Positions 38,198 through 49,100 of a stretch of DNA of 64,000 bases are shown here, in pieces; position 1 is the stretch's first letter, and every line of letters starts with the position of its first letter. The stretch comes from Tubulanus polymorphus. Its lineage: Eukaryota > Animalia > Nemertea. Location: positions 18,111,910 to 18,175,909 of the forward strand of contig NC_134031.1 in assembly GCF_964204645.1 (NCBI RefSeq), in the 5' to 3' direction. Below the pieces are notes generated by a model. That model was given only the letters and a program-made list of their open reading frames with translations, did not search any database and had not been told where the DNA came from. The position numbers were made by a program, and so were the translations under genes.

Positions 38198-39519
38198 TAA
38201 AGGTTGGTAGGTCTATGTGAATGTGTTCTTAATTTGTGATTAATATTTCTATTTAATTGACGGTGATTGACTGTTAACCAAGTATTTAGATTATTTGAAT
38301 TTTGGATAGTTGTAAATAGATAATTTCTTTAGTTGTTAATAAAATGTTAATATCTGTTTCTGTTTAATCAAACGAATAATTGTAAATGCAAACATGGACT
38401 TTTTATAGAACTGGTGATTTGTAAATAAAATTTGGGCTTTTAATAGAAATATTGCAACACGTATTTCTTTTCATTTTTTGGAGTTCATAACAATGAATTA
38501 AATCTAATTCCATTAAACATCGCCATATCAGTGGTGTAGTGTCATTCATTGTCACTGTCACCAATGTCACCTCTTGATTCTATGTGTGTTTCACCCTCTT
38601 TGTCACAGTCACTGATGCCCCCATAATTGTTCTGGCGTATTGATATACGGCGAATTACATGACTTCTCACTTATACATAAAAATAGTAGACTTGCACAGC
38701 TGTGTAAGGTATAGTAAAGCCAAGCCCCAGTACTCTCACAACCCCTCGATGCAACCCGAGGCGTAGCTAAAACAGGGACGCTTATCCTTTCTGTAACTCT
38801 CTCTCGGTTCTCATCGGATAAAATGTTATCGAAGGAAATCGTCGATTGTTCGATATCTTTAACAATAGTTCTGCACCTGCATCGGCTGGTGCTGATGTGT
38901 CTCACTGCGGGCAATAATTTAATTAATGAATCTAAATACTGCTGGGTACGCCATCTTTTGTTGAATGTTAAGTTTAATCGAGGTTTTCGTATATGAAACA
39001 TTTCGGTCTACTCTTATATTCACTACAGTTTTCACAAACGAAGAAAAACGAACTAAAGAACGAAGATTGAATTTCTGCTGTTTTGTGCGGCCCGTTTTTT
39101 GTGTCGAACTCAATTTGACAATTCTTTTGGATAATCTTCGATTTCGCGTCAATGTCAGTCAGGTTTCAATCACACTCTTGCTTCTTCGGATGATGATTCC
39201 CCACTTTTTTATCCGTAAACCTATCTCTTGAATCTAAAACGTTATGAAACACCTGATACAATCCTTAAAACACATAAAAAGAGCCCAAATAACATGCCCC
39301 GAAAATGTGTGTAAACAAACTCCACGTAAAGACAACGCCGCCTATCGCAATGCTGCTCGGTGATGAAGATACTTTTTATGTTGCTGGGATTCGAACCCGA
39401 CTGGCAATTAGGTTCTCGCTCAGGCTCGAGAAGAGCAATTCTACTGAGATTTCATATTTCCTCATTTCGAGGAAGCGTGAATTTAGCGAAAATAATTGTC
39501 TCATTCATTCACAATGAGC

Positions 39520-39960
39520 TACCGAAAAAACCCATTACAAATGACAACTACAGACATCTTTTGAAATCATGGACAGTTTTTCAACAACATCTCACAATCA
39601 TCTGAAACAATACCGAAATTCTGGAAAAACCGATCTTTGGCAATCCACAAATTAAACTCAACAAGAAAACTGATTTCTCAGAATACATACAACATGGCAT
39701 AACCAATCTGCAACATCTTTTTGATAACCGTGGTAATTACAAACTACTTCACGAAACTCCGCTTACAAATAGATTAAAACATACACGTTTACACAACGCG
39801 ATACCGCAAAATTGGAAGCTAATTCTATCGGACAAAAACTTAGACCCTGGTGATCTACCCCAAAATCTATGTCCAATTTGATAATATAGATTGTACTATA
39901 GGGAAAATTGCATCATCTCAAATTTATAGAATTCTACTATTCAAAAATCTCCATCAAATT
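39520..39960 (+). mobile_element. Degenerate non-LTR retrotransposon (L1/Tx1-like) ORF2 fragment, post-RT region
   Basis: Translation across a stop gives 'YRHLLKSW...ILEKPIFGNPQI...GITNLQHLFD...LHNAIPQNWKLIL', matching recalled L1/Tx1 motifs (FY..LL..W, EPLW.N..I, GI..L.DL, AIP..WK). Confidence 0.55.
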
Positions 39961-41288
39961 TCAACGCAAGTTTCATTTTATATGATTAAAAAATCTCAAC
40001 ATTTCAGAATATGATTAAAATCGCATCGTTATTTCTATCAAAACCGGATTTATCAGGAGAGGAAGGGAATCTTAGCGGACAATTCGAGAAACCTCCACAA
40101 CACCTTCGTCGCATGATCTATATCTAAACCGGTTTTATCAAATTTTGCTAGCTCAGAAAATGTGGGGGGTTCTAACTAAGTTTCTGAACGTGTTTCAATT
40201 TTGAATGTCACCGCGAAGTTCAGAAAGTAGGTCAATGAAATTCATCCCCAAAAACAAAGTTTCATGCTGGCTAGTTGAAGACACTAATATAAGATAATTC
40301 CATTTCTCTGCTGCCATTAAATGGTAAGTGGTATTGTTAATTTTACACAAGGTATAAAAACATAACAAAGTTGTTTACAATGTTACAAATACATGTACTA
40401 TTTACAATACTGTTCAGGAGGGATCTAAACCATCTTTGATTTAATTAGCAAATTAGAAATTTGGAGTTTTTCAGTGAGTCGAAGTTTGTCTCAACTAGCA
40501 ATCGTCTGCGAAGTTCAGTTACTACGTAGGGTACAATCAATAAGAAAATGTCATTCCCAGTGAGGAAAACGACTAGCGTCACAGGCGGATCCTCAATTGC
40601 CAAAAGTAGAATCTTCTATTGTCGCAGAAGCTGATACCCTACTGCATACTAGCAAACACCTTATGTAAGCTCATCTACCGCAACCGGACTCCTCGATTGC
40701 CAAACTACTGAACACTTCTGGTCCTACTGAACACTAGCGCCACAGGCAGATCCTCACTTGCCACAAGTGGAATTGTAGATCGCTGATATATTGCTTGATA
40801 TCTGATTGTGAAATGTTTTTCTTCATCTGTCAACCCATTTTCATTATCAACAGTTCGACTGAGCTCCACACAGGCCATTATTAGCAGGTTCCCGTCACTC
40901 GCGCCCTGAACTCCACTCAAGGTTTGTCCACTTCCTCTGCCCGGATCAGGATTCGAACCCATGTTCCCCGATTGACGACCGGCGACTTCATGGTTAAATT
41001 GTTTCATCTAATATCTATATTAATTTTGTTCATCGTAACTTAAATATAATATTTTCATTACTGTTCATAATATTTGAATTTATGCCGGATGTTTTAGAAA
41101 ATGAACTATTTTACTATTTACTCTTGGAGACCGACGAGTGTTGACATCTCAAATATAAAATTGTATTTAAACTCGATAGAAATCGATAGTTTTTCATTTG
41201 GTAGCAGGAGCTGTATAATTTGCAACTGTCCACCACTGGGAAAAAGTCAAGGTATGTGATTATAATGAAATAATCCAATATTCGTAAT

Positions 41289-41497
41289 GCCCGGCGCACA
41301 CCTTTGCGATTGATTGATCGTACGATCGCTTCATCGCATGGTTTTATAGCATCATCGTAAAGGTATGCGGTGGCATCCGGAGCCAATTTCATCGCGTCAT
41401 CGCTTCATCGCAACAAATCAAACATGTTTGATATTTTCATCGTATCATCGCATGCGATGATACGATGACACGATGATCGCAAATGTGTGCGCCCGGC
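41289..41497. mobile_element. MITE, probably PIF/Harbinger-related
   Basis: Terminal inverted repeats GCCCGGCGCACACCTTTGCGAT and, reverse complemented, GCCGGGCGCACACATTTGCGAT. Internal CATCG repeats and a palindrome TCAAACATGTTTGA. Confidence 0.7.
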
Positions 41498-42140
41498 ATC
41501 GCGCGTTTGAGATCATTTTCAGGTGAAATTGAAATATTGGCTCCACGAGTAGCACATTATTTTTCAATACTAGCTGGATCGTGTATTTTACCGGTCTATG
41601 GGGCAGGGGGCGCCGGGGGAACGTTTCGGTCATAATATGGTGAAAGCGTCGTGTAGGTTTCGCGAATCGTCCACTGCTTCCTAACCTGTAGGGCAGGGAG
41701 CTCCCAGAATACGGAATTTGATGAACTAGAAATAGAAACGATGGTGGTGAATCAGATTCGAATATGTTTAGAATTTTTAATCAATGCAGAATAATGCAGA
41801 ATTCCCCTCCGATATTTAACTTCGGTAAAAGTGCAGATCTGCACCTTTCGTGATTGACGCAATCTACTGAATGACAGAATCCAGGCTAAAACCTTTCTAG
41901 TGAAGATTTAAAATTAACCAATGGCAATGTACTGAATTGCTGATGACATTTTGAATCTGAAACAATGATATTTAATGTAATTGATTGAACCGTTTACACG
42001 GAGAGGTGCGGATCTGCACTTTTACCTTAACTTCAATTCCCTTCAATATAACTGCTGTCTTTAGGGCCTACTGACGTTAGGGGGTAGGCGCGAGGGATTT
42101 ATTCATAAACATTAAAATATTCTAGGTACGGTAGCGGAGA

Positions 42141-42911
42141 ATGTTGATTAATCTGATGACTTGTGTTTGTCTCATCGCTGCCCTGTGCGCGTTCTGTATT
42201 GTGTCAGTCACTGGTAAGTTAACGTTAGATAGCCTACATAAAATGTTAGGGAAGAGAGTGCGCAGTTACTGTGATTGTGGGAGATTTCAAATTCAAAATT
42301 CAATTCTGTTTGCAAAGCCAATCGTCTCGTGCTAGCCGCAAAAATCATTTACATGTACATGTTGACAACTTCCGAGAAAGCCTCCCTCTGAGGGACTGGT
42401 CAAGGGTGGATCCGGGATTTTCAAGGGGGCTCTTCTGGTCATCCCCCTCAGAAAATCTTGAAAAATAAATATATGTATTATTCTCATGCATTCTGAGCGT
42501 TTTTAGGCACTGGTTTGTCATCTCATGTATGTTTCTAAAATAAAGCGTTGAAAAACATTGACAATTGATTTGATTGATTTTGCATAAATAATTCGTGCGA
42601 GGTTATGAGAGAACATGTAATTTTCGTGTTGAATAAGTCGAACGTTTTCGGGTTAACGGCCCCTTCCCAAGACAATTCACAAATGATGCAAAACTACAGT
42701 CGTGATTTTTATCAAAAATGAAACTGTTTGTTCTTCTATGGATTTTTAATTATTTGAACTCTCTGCCGAGGATAATTCTATTGTTGTATACACCTCAGGG
42801 GAATGTGTTGGAGCTGGTCAAACATGTTTCAGTAATAGAGGCGACTCTTGCTGCGGCGGAAGACTGTGCGCCTACGAAACTCCTACCGCCTCTATTAGCC
42901 GTTGTTTTTAG
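42141..42911 (+). CDS. Secreted inhibitor-cystine-knot (knottin) toxin-like peptide precursor, 61 aa, containing RGDS
   Basis: Exon 1 (42141-42213) encodes the signal peptide MLINLMTCVCLIAALCAFCIVSVT, then G|GTAAG (phase 1). Exon 2 (42799-42911, after cctcAG) completes Gly and encodes ECVGAGQTCFSNRGDSCCGGRLCAYETPTASISRCF-stop. Putative 3'UTR intron 42925-43013 and AATAAA at 43100. Confidence 0.85.
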
Positions 42912-43510
42912 CAAACCAATCCAAGTACGTATGGAGAGGTTTCACTCAAATTTACGGTAGCTAATCTACAGTACACCGTGTCCGTTGATTTGCTGATGTC
43001 TCGTATTTTGCAGGCGGATAGGGGTTAGAATGTCGTCACGCAAAAAAACCGAGGCAGATCTACACCGAAAAGAGTGGATTTAATATCTTTAATGGATGAA
43101 ATAAACTTTATTGAAGATGAAATTACGACCTTTTACTTTAATTTAATGATGTCCAATTGCGACGGGTCAGGCAGTTTTTGAAAGGTGACTGAGTCTTAAA
43201 AGAATCGGGACTTGGAGGAATGCCTGCAGGATTAATCGAGGTTGACGGTTCGTTGGGTGTTAATGTATACTCGGATTAGAAATGATTCAGACTACATGTT
43301 GATTTGCAGATAGTACCACAAAATGAACTTTCTTAGAAAAAGATTGCAATCCGTGGAGGGACCGGCTCACCGTCAGTGGTGTCAGATCATGACCGTCATG
43401 TGATGCCCCTATTTGAATAGACTGGTTGCCTGTCTCATTCAATATGTGTATTGAAATTGGTTTGAAGAAACAGGTGTCCAATCTCCCCTCCCCACAATGA
43501 AAAATACTCT

Positions 43511-44649
43511 GACCTCAAAGTGAAAAAGGGGTTCAATCGTGTAACATAAGAAACAATGAAATTTGATCTGTTTGTTTCTGGATGCTTGTGAAAGAATATC
43601 GTTGGTTTCCTCTAAATCTATTTTAGTCGTTGCATGAACCGTAATGTCTATCAGTCGTTTCTAACGAAGCTGAATTTCACGACTTGAACAAAAATTAAAA
43701 GAAATCAAATTGAATCTGTGTTTGATTAAATCATCACTAATTTATGAGTAATTGAATTGAAATTTACGAAATAATCACTTTCGATTCGATACAGAGAATT
43801 GTACATTACATGACACATAACTAGAACATTTTCTAAATGTGAAATAGTCGGTTGCGATGAAATTCAGGAGCCTAATCAGCCACTCTTATATGGAATCACT
43901 CATTTAGACTGAACTTTGTCGCCGAAACAAAGAATAGAAGTAAAGCTAGAATTATTTGAGAAAATCAAATCCGGGAGCCGGCATGGAAATTACCGGTATG
44001 GCAGCACATACCCTATAGATGCGCCTTTACGAGAGAGAGACTGAAGATGTCAAAAATACATAAAGATACATAAAAATGTATTTTTGAGTATTAATACCAC
44101 CTGTTCAGAAACAATTCAATACTAGTTTTCGAATCCTCGATAACAACGATAAATACAGTAGAGAAAAAAAACATTCATATTTTAGTGAATGAATATTTAT
44201 TCGTTGATAAAATATACATTTATAAAAGCTCTAAAAATATATGATTAAAATATACATATATCGTCTTCTAATCACTTGTGACAAAAAATAAATATGTTTG
44301 CGATCAAAATACACAGGGATCGATAAGTCTAGAATTAACGAATTACTTTAAAAATTTTCTAGTTATATGTCATGTAATGTAAAATTCTCTTAAAACTGAT
44401 TACTTCATGAATTTCTATTCAATTACTCATTAATTAAAGACGATTTAATCAAACACAGATTCAATTTGGTTTCTTTTCAAGTCGTGAAATTCAGCTTCGT
44501 TAGAAACGACTGATAGACATTTTCCATGCAACAACTAAAAGATTTAGTGAAAACCAACAATATTTTTTCACTATCATCCAGAATCAAACAAATCAAATTT
44601 CATTGTTTTTCTTTACTACACAATTGAACTCCGTATTCACTTTCAGGTC
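43511..44649. repeat. Long diverged inverted repeat (arms ~43511-43777 and ~44397-44649)
   Basis: ATGTCTATCAGTCGTTTCTAACGAAGCTGAATTTCACGACTTGAA in arm 1 is the exact reverse complement of TTCAAGTCGTGAAATTCAGCTTCGTTAGAAACGACTGATAGACAT in arm 2. Similarity with mismatches extends over ~260 bp. Confidence 0.85.
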
Positions 44650-45155
44650 TTTAGATAGTTGTAACGAACATCATGAGACTTCAGCAAGGCGACGACTTAT
44701 CCAAATGATAACTTGTAAATTGAATTAGAAATACAAATTGAGACTAGAAAAGGAGACAATCTTAATAATGTGACGACTTTATCCAAATGATGACTTTACG
44801 CTTAGTCAATTGAATAAGAAGTACAAATTGTGACAATAATAGAGATGATTTCAGTAATGCGACAACTATGACAACTAACAATAAGTAAATTGAATTAATT
44901 TAAGAATATGAATTGGGGCAAAAATAGAGATGACTTCTGTCAGTGATGTGATGAATGACTTATCCAAATGACCATCGTGGACCTAGGTCCTAACCGGGGT
45001 TTTGCCGATTTTCAAGTTGGTTATTTTTAAGTAGAATCTGGTGAAAAATAACGAATGTACAAAAATCTTGAAAAGGTTTGTGATATTTCAACTGATTTCA
45101 TCAGTAATAATAAAGAAAACTAACGAACATGATATAAACAACCGTGAAAGATTAA

Positions 45156-46007
45156 TTAAATAGATTTTGATTGTTCTCTCATTTCTTTGGTCGTGAACTG
45201 GATTCCGTTTGATGGTAAAACACTCGCGACAAACGGCGTAAAAATCGCCAGCTTCCAATTATCTCCGAAAGTCTGCGCGACGTTATCCTCCCAACCGAGG
45301 TCGTAATCTCTGTTCGCGTCGTTGAATTCGCGCGACGTTTGACCGTTAGAGACCAGGGTCACATGACGCGCAGTCAACACGACCAGTAAACAAGTCGAGA
45401 TCGTCGACGCGGTGAACGTGAAGTTTAAAACGGCGGAATACGCGTCGATAAATCCGAATAACCACGTGAAAAACGGAAAGATAATCCCCGGAACCGATTT
45501 CAATCCGTCCCGATCGAAATACGTGACGACGTGCGGGACGTTTAGCCAGACTCCGGCTACGGCGACGCCTGCAGCTCCGTACGATACCAGATTCAAGTAG
45601 AATCGATGATTCGCGTGTCCGACGCAACCGCCCGTGAATAAACAGTGATGATCGCGTTTCAGGACGCATTTATCGCACGTGAAACAGTGATGCGATCGAG
45701 GAGGAGCGTTTAACTCGCACGAGTAGCAGAAACGCCATCCGCGAGGTAGAATCGCCGGCAGTATCTCACTGCCGCTCGTCACATCAACCGTCACCAGTTT
45801 GTAAATACAATACATTGAGTTAACGTAACTGATCAGTGAAATCAGTTGAACTAACCGATACGCGAGTGAACCGGGCGAGTGAACTTCGGCTAATACGACG
45901 CCTACTTGAAAAAACAACAACCAATGAATCATAAACAGTAAACTGATGAATCCAGCGACTTCCGTCGGTCTTTTCGGTAACATCAGTGATTTCAGCGTCG
46001 CTTCCAT
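45156..46007 (-). CDS. ZDHHC24: DHHC palmitoyltransferase, ZDHHC24-like, single coding exon
   Basis: DHHC-CRD 'CYSCELNAPPRSHHCFTCDKCVLKRDHHCLFTGGCVGHANHRFY', four hydrophobic segments, 'GQTSREF' and 'YDLGWEDN...FGDNW'. First ATG at 46007. The subfamily call is from recall. Confidence 0.85.
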   Translation of the reverse strand: MEATLKSLMLPKRPTEVAGFISLLFMIHWLLFFQVGVVLAEVHSPGSLAYRLVQLISLISYVNSMYCIYKLVTVDVTSGSEILPAILPRGWRFCYSCELNAPPRSHHCFTCDKCVLKRDHHCLFTGGCVGHANHRFYLNLVSYGAAGVAVAGVWLNVPHVVTYFDRDGLKSVPGIIFPFFTWLFGFIDAYSAVLNFTFTASTISTCLLVVLTARHVTLVSNGQTSREFNDANRDYDLGWEDNVAQTFGDNWKLAIFTPFVASVLPSNGIQFTTKEMREQSKSI

Positions 46008-46371
46008 TTCCTTCGCCTTGATTCGGGTCGAAAATATCGCTTCGAACACGAATATTCAATATATTTCGGAGTTACAAGTTTCTTGTTTCTTTTTCATTTA
46101 TTTCCGGGTTCACTAATCGACCAAAGCGCCGTCTTAAATTCAATCCGACTGCGTGTTTTACTGTACAGAACTGTCCAATTCCGCGTTTTTATTATGAATG
46201 TGTGTGGATGTAACCGGCTCAAGGTCGTCGACCGTACGTTGTCAAACTTACGAAACAGAAACAATAATTGACTGATTGATCTAATTAATCTATACTGATG
46301 ATGTTTGGAACGAGAAGAATTCTTCAAGCTTCGAGCAGCAAAATAAATGTAAATCTTCACAACGACTGGGA

Positions 46372-49100
46372 ATGGCGGCATCTTCTCAAATTAACTTTCA
46401 AACTCAAATAAAAAAACAAACTCTTTCCCTTCTCTGCTGGCGTCAAGTCATACAGTCTATGCCTTTCTGTTCTGACTCATTTCAGAGATTGGTGTATGGT
46501 GGGAATACAAAGCGACGATGTATGTCGATACATTTAAACTCCTCTACTAGTAAACCGGATAGAGCTTACGTTTTACTCGTGAGTAATAATTATTAGAAAT
46601 TCGAATGATGTGTAATAACAAAAGACTGAGATTGTGTCTAAAAGACTGAGGTTCGGGTAGTCTGAATACTGGAGGCTCAGTTTGGCCTTAGACGTTGTTT
46701 GTGGAACAACTGCTAGATACTGGAATATGCATCAGTCTAAGGGTGATCCTCTAGGTGGTCGAGGTACCCTATTTCACAGTTATGAGTTGAATTTATTAGA
46801 AATTAATGCTGTATTTAAGAATGGTCAGTGTCCACAGGGGCTACTTATGAACTGGCTCAGATTTTCAGTTCCTGGCTGTTGATAATGTCATGAGATTGGC
46901 ACCATATTTAAACTGCAAATTAATTCAAAATACCTCAGTTTATCCGCTATAAAGTTCCGATAAACAACTGGTTGTTACGGATTGGACAGTCAAGTATTGT
47001 GTTTGTTCTAATCTTTTATAGGTCGTTCCGGCTGCTTGTCTCGGTTTAGGAATTTGGCAGATTAGACGTCGTCAATGGAAACTAGATTTAATAGCGGGTC
47101 TAGAAGAGCGATCTCGTACTGAACCGATACCGTACCCCTTAGAGTAAGCAGAATATCTGGTTCTAGACTTACTAACGCTCGTTCTACAGTACTCTCGTTA
47201 AAATTTCTCTCTTAATCTTATGCTAGGCCTATGTAAGATAAACTTGTTTTAACTTCGGAGTCGAATGTTAACCCACAACTTAGGAGCCGGATGCTGGATT
47301 TCATGAAATTTAATTTCAGCTTAGAAGAGATAAAATCTCTGGAATACCGGAAAGTGATCGTTGAAGGAGAATTTGATCATTCGAGGACCGTTTACATCGG
47401 ACCACGTTCATTACTAGAACCGGAGAAAGAGAACAAACCCGGTACCCTCGTGGGGTCGACTTCGCAATCCGGGGTTCACGTTATCACCCCGTTTAAACTG
47501 AAACATCGAAAGTAAGTTTCCATCATAATTATCGAATATTTAGAGAGCTATTATTTGTGTTTCATTTAGTTGTATCAAGTAAACTGCAGGGCCTGCTTTT
47601 ATAGACTGGTATTAACTTTAGCCCGGGGGTTAACTCATTTGAAAATGAATTGAGTTAGCCCCCCCGGGTTTAAGTTAATACCCGTCTATAAAACCGGGCC
47701 CAGGCTTGTCTCTGATCTCATATGACGGATTCATTCATTTTACTTCACGAGATATTAAGTGAAATCCCGGAGCAATCAGAGTGTGCCATATTATTTGGAG
47801 AGGGTCCTACTGTATTTCATTTTACATTCAAAGTTTGTTTCATGTGTATTTGTTTGTTTTATTTACAGTTTAACAATTCTAGTCAATAGAGGTTGGGTAA
47901 GACGTAAATACATGTACGCCGAGACTAAACCAGGAGAGGTAGAATTTTAATCATAGCTCGTTATTTTCCTTCCATTGAAAATACATCGTTAACAATGGTT
48001 TAATGATTCCGCGTTGTAGGTAACTAGACCTGTGAAACTGGTTGGTGTTGTCAGACTTACGGAAAAGGTAATAGTTTTAACTAATAAACCGCAGGGCTGG
48101 GTTTCATAGATGTGGAAGAAAAATAGTCCCTGGGAACATTTTGAAATTTGTCAGTTATAACCATGGTTTCTCATTGTAACTATGTTGGTTGTCACCCAAA
48201 TTGAGGATTTACCTCAAGGGATAACTTTGATACCCAATCTATGAAATCGGGCCCAGGAATTAAAACTGGACTTAAATCTTAAAATGGCAATAAGTTGTAT
48301 TGTGTACCAAAGCGGGCTCAGCCTGAGACATTTGAAATTTAATTGGTACCATGGTTGGTGTTTGTCTTAGCAAACTTTTCAGCAACTGGCCTTTTGACCA
48401 TGGAACTTGATTCATTGTATGAAACTTCTCTAGGCGCAATATAATAGTTAATACTAGGTGGTTTATAAAAGTGGACCCTGTTTTTCATATTTCTAGAGAC
48501 AACCGTTCGGTGCTAAAAACCCATGCGTTGGTCTCGAGTGGCAGAGAAGAGATATTGAAATGTTATCTGATGAATTGGGTACAGCTCCGTTCTTCATTGA
48601 TGCTGATTTCAGTAAGTAAAAAAATAACATCAAACCCGCTTAATCCCATCGGCTTAATCCGAAATTGGGTCTAATCCGGACATTATTTGCAGTCCATTTG
48701 TTCATTAATATACGAGAAGCTGACTTTTAATCCGGATTTCCCGTAAACCGGATGAATTTTGTTTGTCCCAAAGTGATCTGAATTAAGCGGATTCTACTGT
48801 AGTAGATTGATTACATACCAGTGAACAGTTTGTTTCAACAATCAGTTATTTGAAATTTGAATGTTTCACCATAGATTCGACAGTTGAAAATGGACCAATC
48901 GGAGGACAGACGAGGATTACTATGCGTAATGAACATTTATCATATATTTTCACTTGGTAAGAATTTCATCTTTCATTTTCAAGAATCGATAATTACCCCG
49001 AGACCGAGTTCGACGAAAATATGGTTGTTGTTTTTGCAGGTTTTCACTAGGTGGAGCTACTCTATGGATGTGGTTTAATAGATTTGGCCGGCGCGTATGA
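46372..49100 (+). CDS. SURF1: SURF1 cytochrome c oxidase assembly factor, 8 exons
   Basis: Exons 46372(start uncertain)-46578, 47022-47143, 47320-47511, 47869-47938, 48020-48067, 48497-48611, 48875-48956, 49040-49100. Motifs '[13 protein letters not shown]', '[13 protein letters not shown]', 'ILVNRGWV', '[24 protein letters not shown]'. Confidence 0.95.
48630..48801. mobile_element. pogo/Tc1-like MITE remnant in a SURF1 intron
   Basis: AACCCGCTTAAT ... ATTAAGCGGATTCTACTG|TA, with internal TAATCCGG repeats. Confidence 0.55.

Larger units (their letters stand above)
34013..38726 (+). mobile_element. Merlin-superfamily (IS1595/IS1016-like) DNA transposon, 4714 bp, with transposase and a cargo gene
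   Basis: Perfect 8-bp TSD CCAGTACT at 34005-34012 and 38727-38734. 28-bp TIRs: left GGTGCACCTTTACTATCCCTTACACAGC; right (reverse complement) GGCTTGGCTTTACTATACCTTACACAGC, 22/28 identical. GG termini and an 8-9 bp TSD are Merlin hallmarks, and the element encodes an ISXO2-type DDE transposase. Confidence 0.95.
32717..39001 (-). pseudogene. NUDT8: NUDT8 mitochondrial CoA-diphosphatase (Nudix) gene; this allele has exon 1 interrupted by a Merlin transposon
   Basis: Exon 1a runs ~39001-38727 and exon 1b 34012-33903; removing the element and one TSD restores ...GCESTGNAAVLISLC... in frame. Further exons are 33354-33216, 33133-33050 and 32956-32717. It has the CoA-binding motif 'LLFTLRSSKLVQHRGEVSFPGG', the Nudix box 'GGKMDPTD...TAVREAEEELG' and C-terminal 'IWGITA'. 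The start codon is uncertain (39001 or 38954). Confidence 0.85.

Noticed and set aside
34005-38734. Possibility that the Merlin element is spliced out cleanly as an introner-like intron using the GT and AG in its TSD (AGTACTGG on the - strand)
   Set aside because: Splicing from the GT in the first TSD copy to the AG in the second removes one extra nucleotide and causes a frameshift, and the acceptor has no pyrimidine tract.
40560-40800. Degenerate ~45-bp repeats (ACTAGCG.CACAGGC.GATCCTCA.TTGCCA) as a possible peptide-precursor exon
   Set aside because: Stops interrupt the frames examined on both strands, and no consistent splice structure was found.
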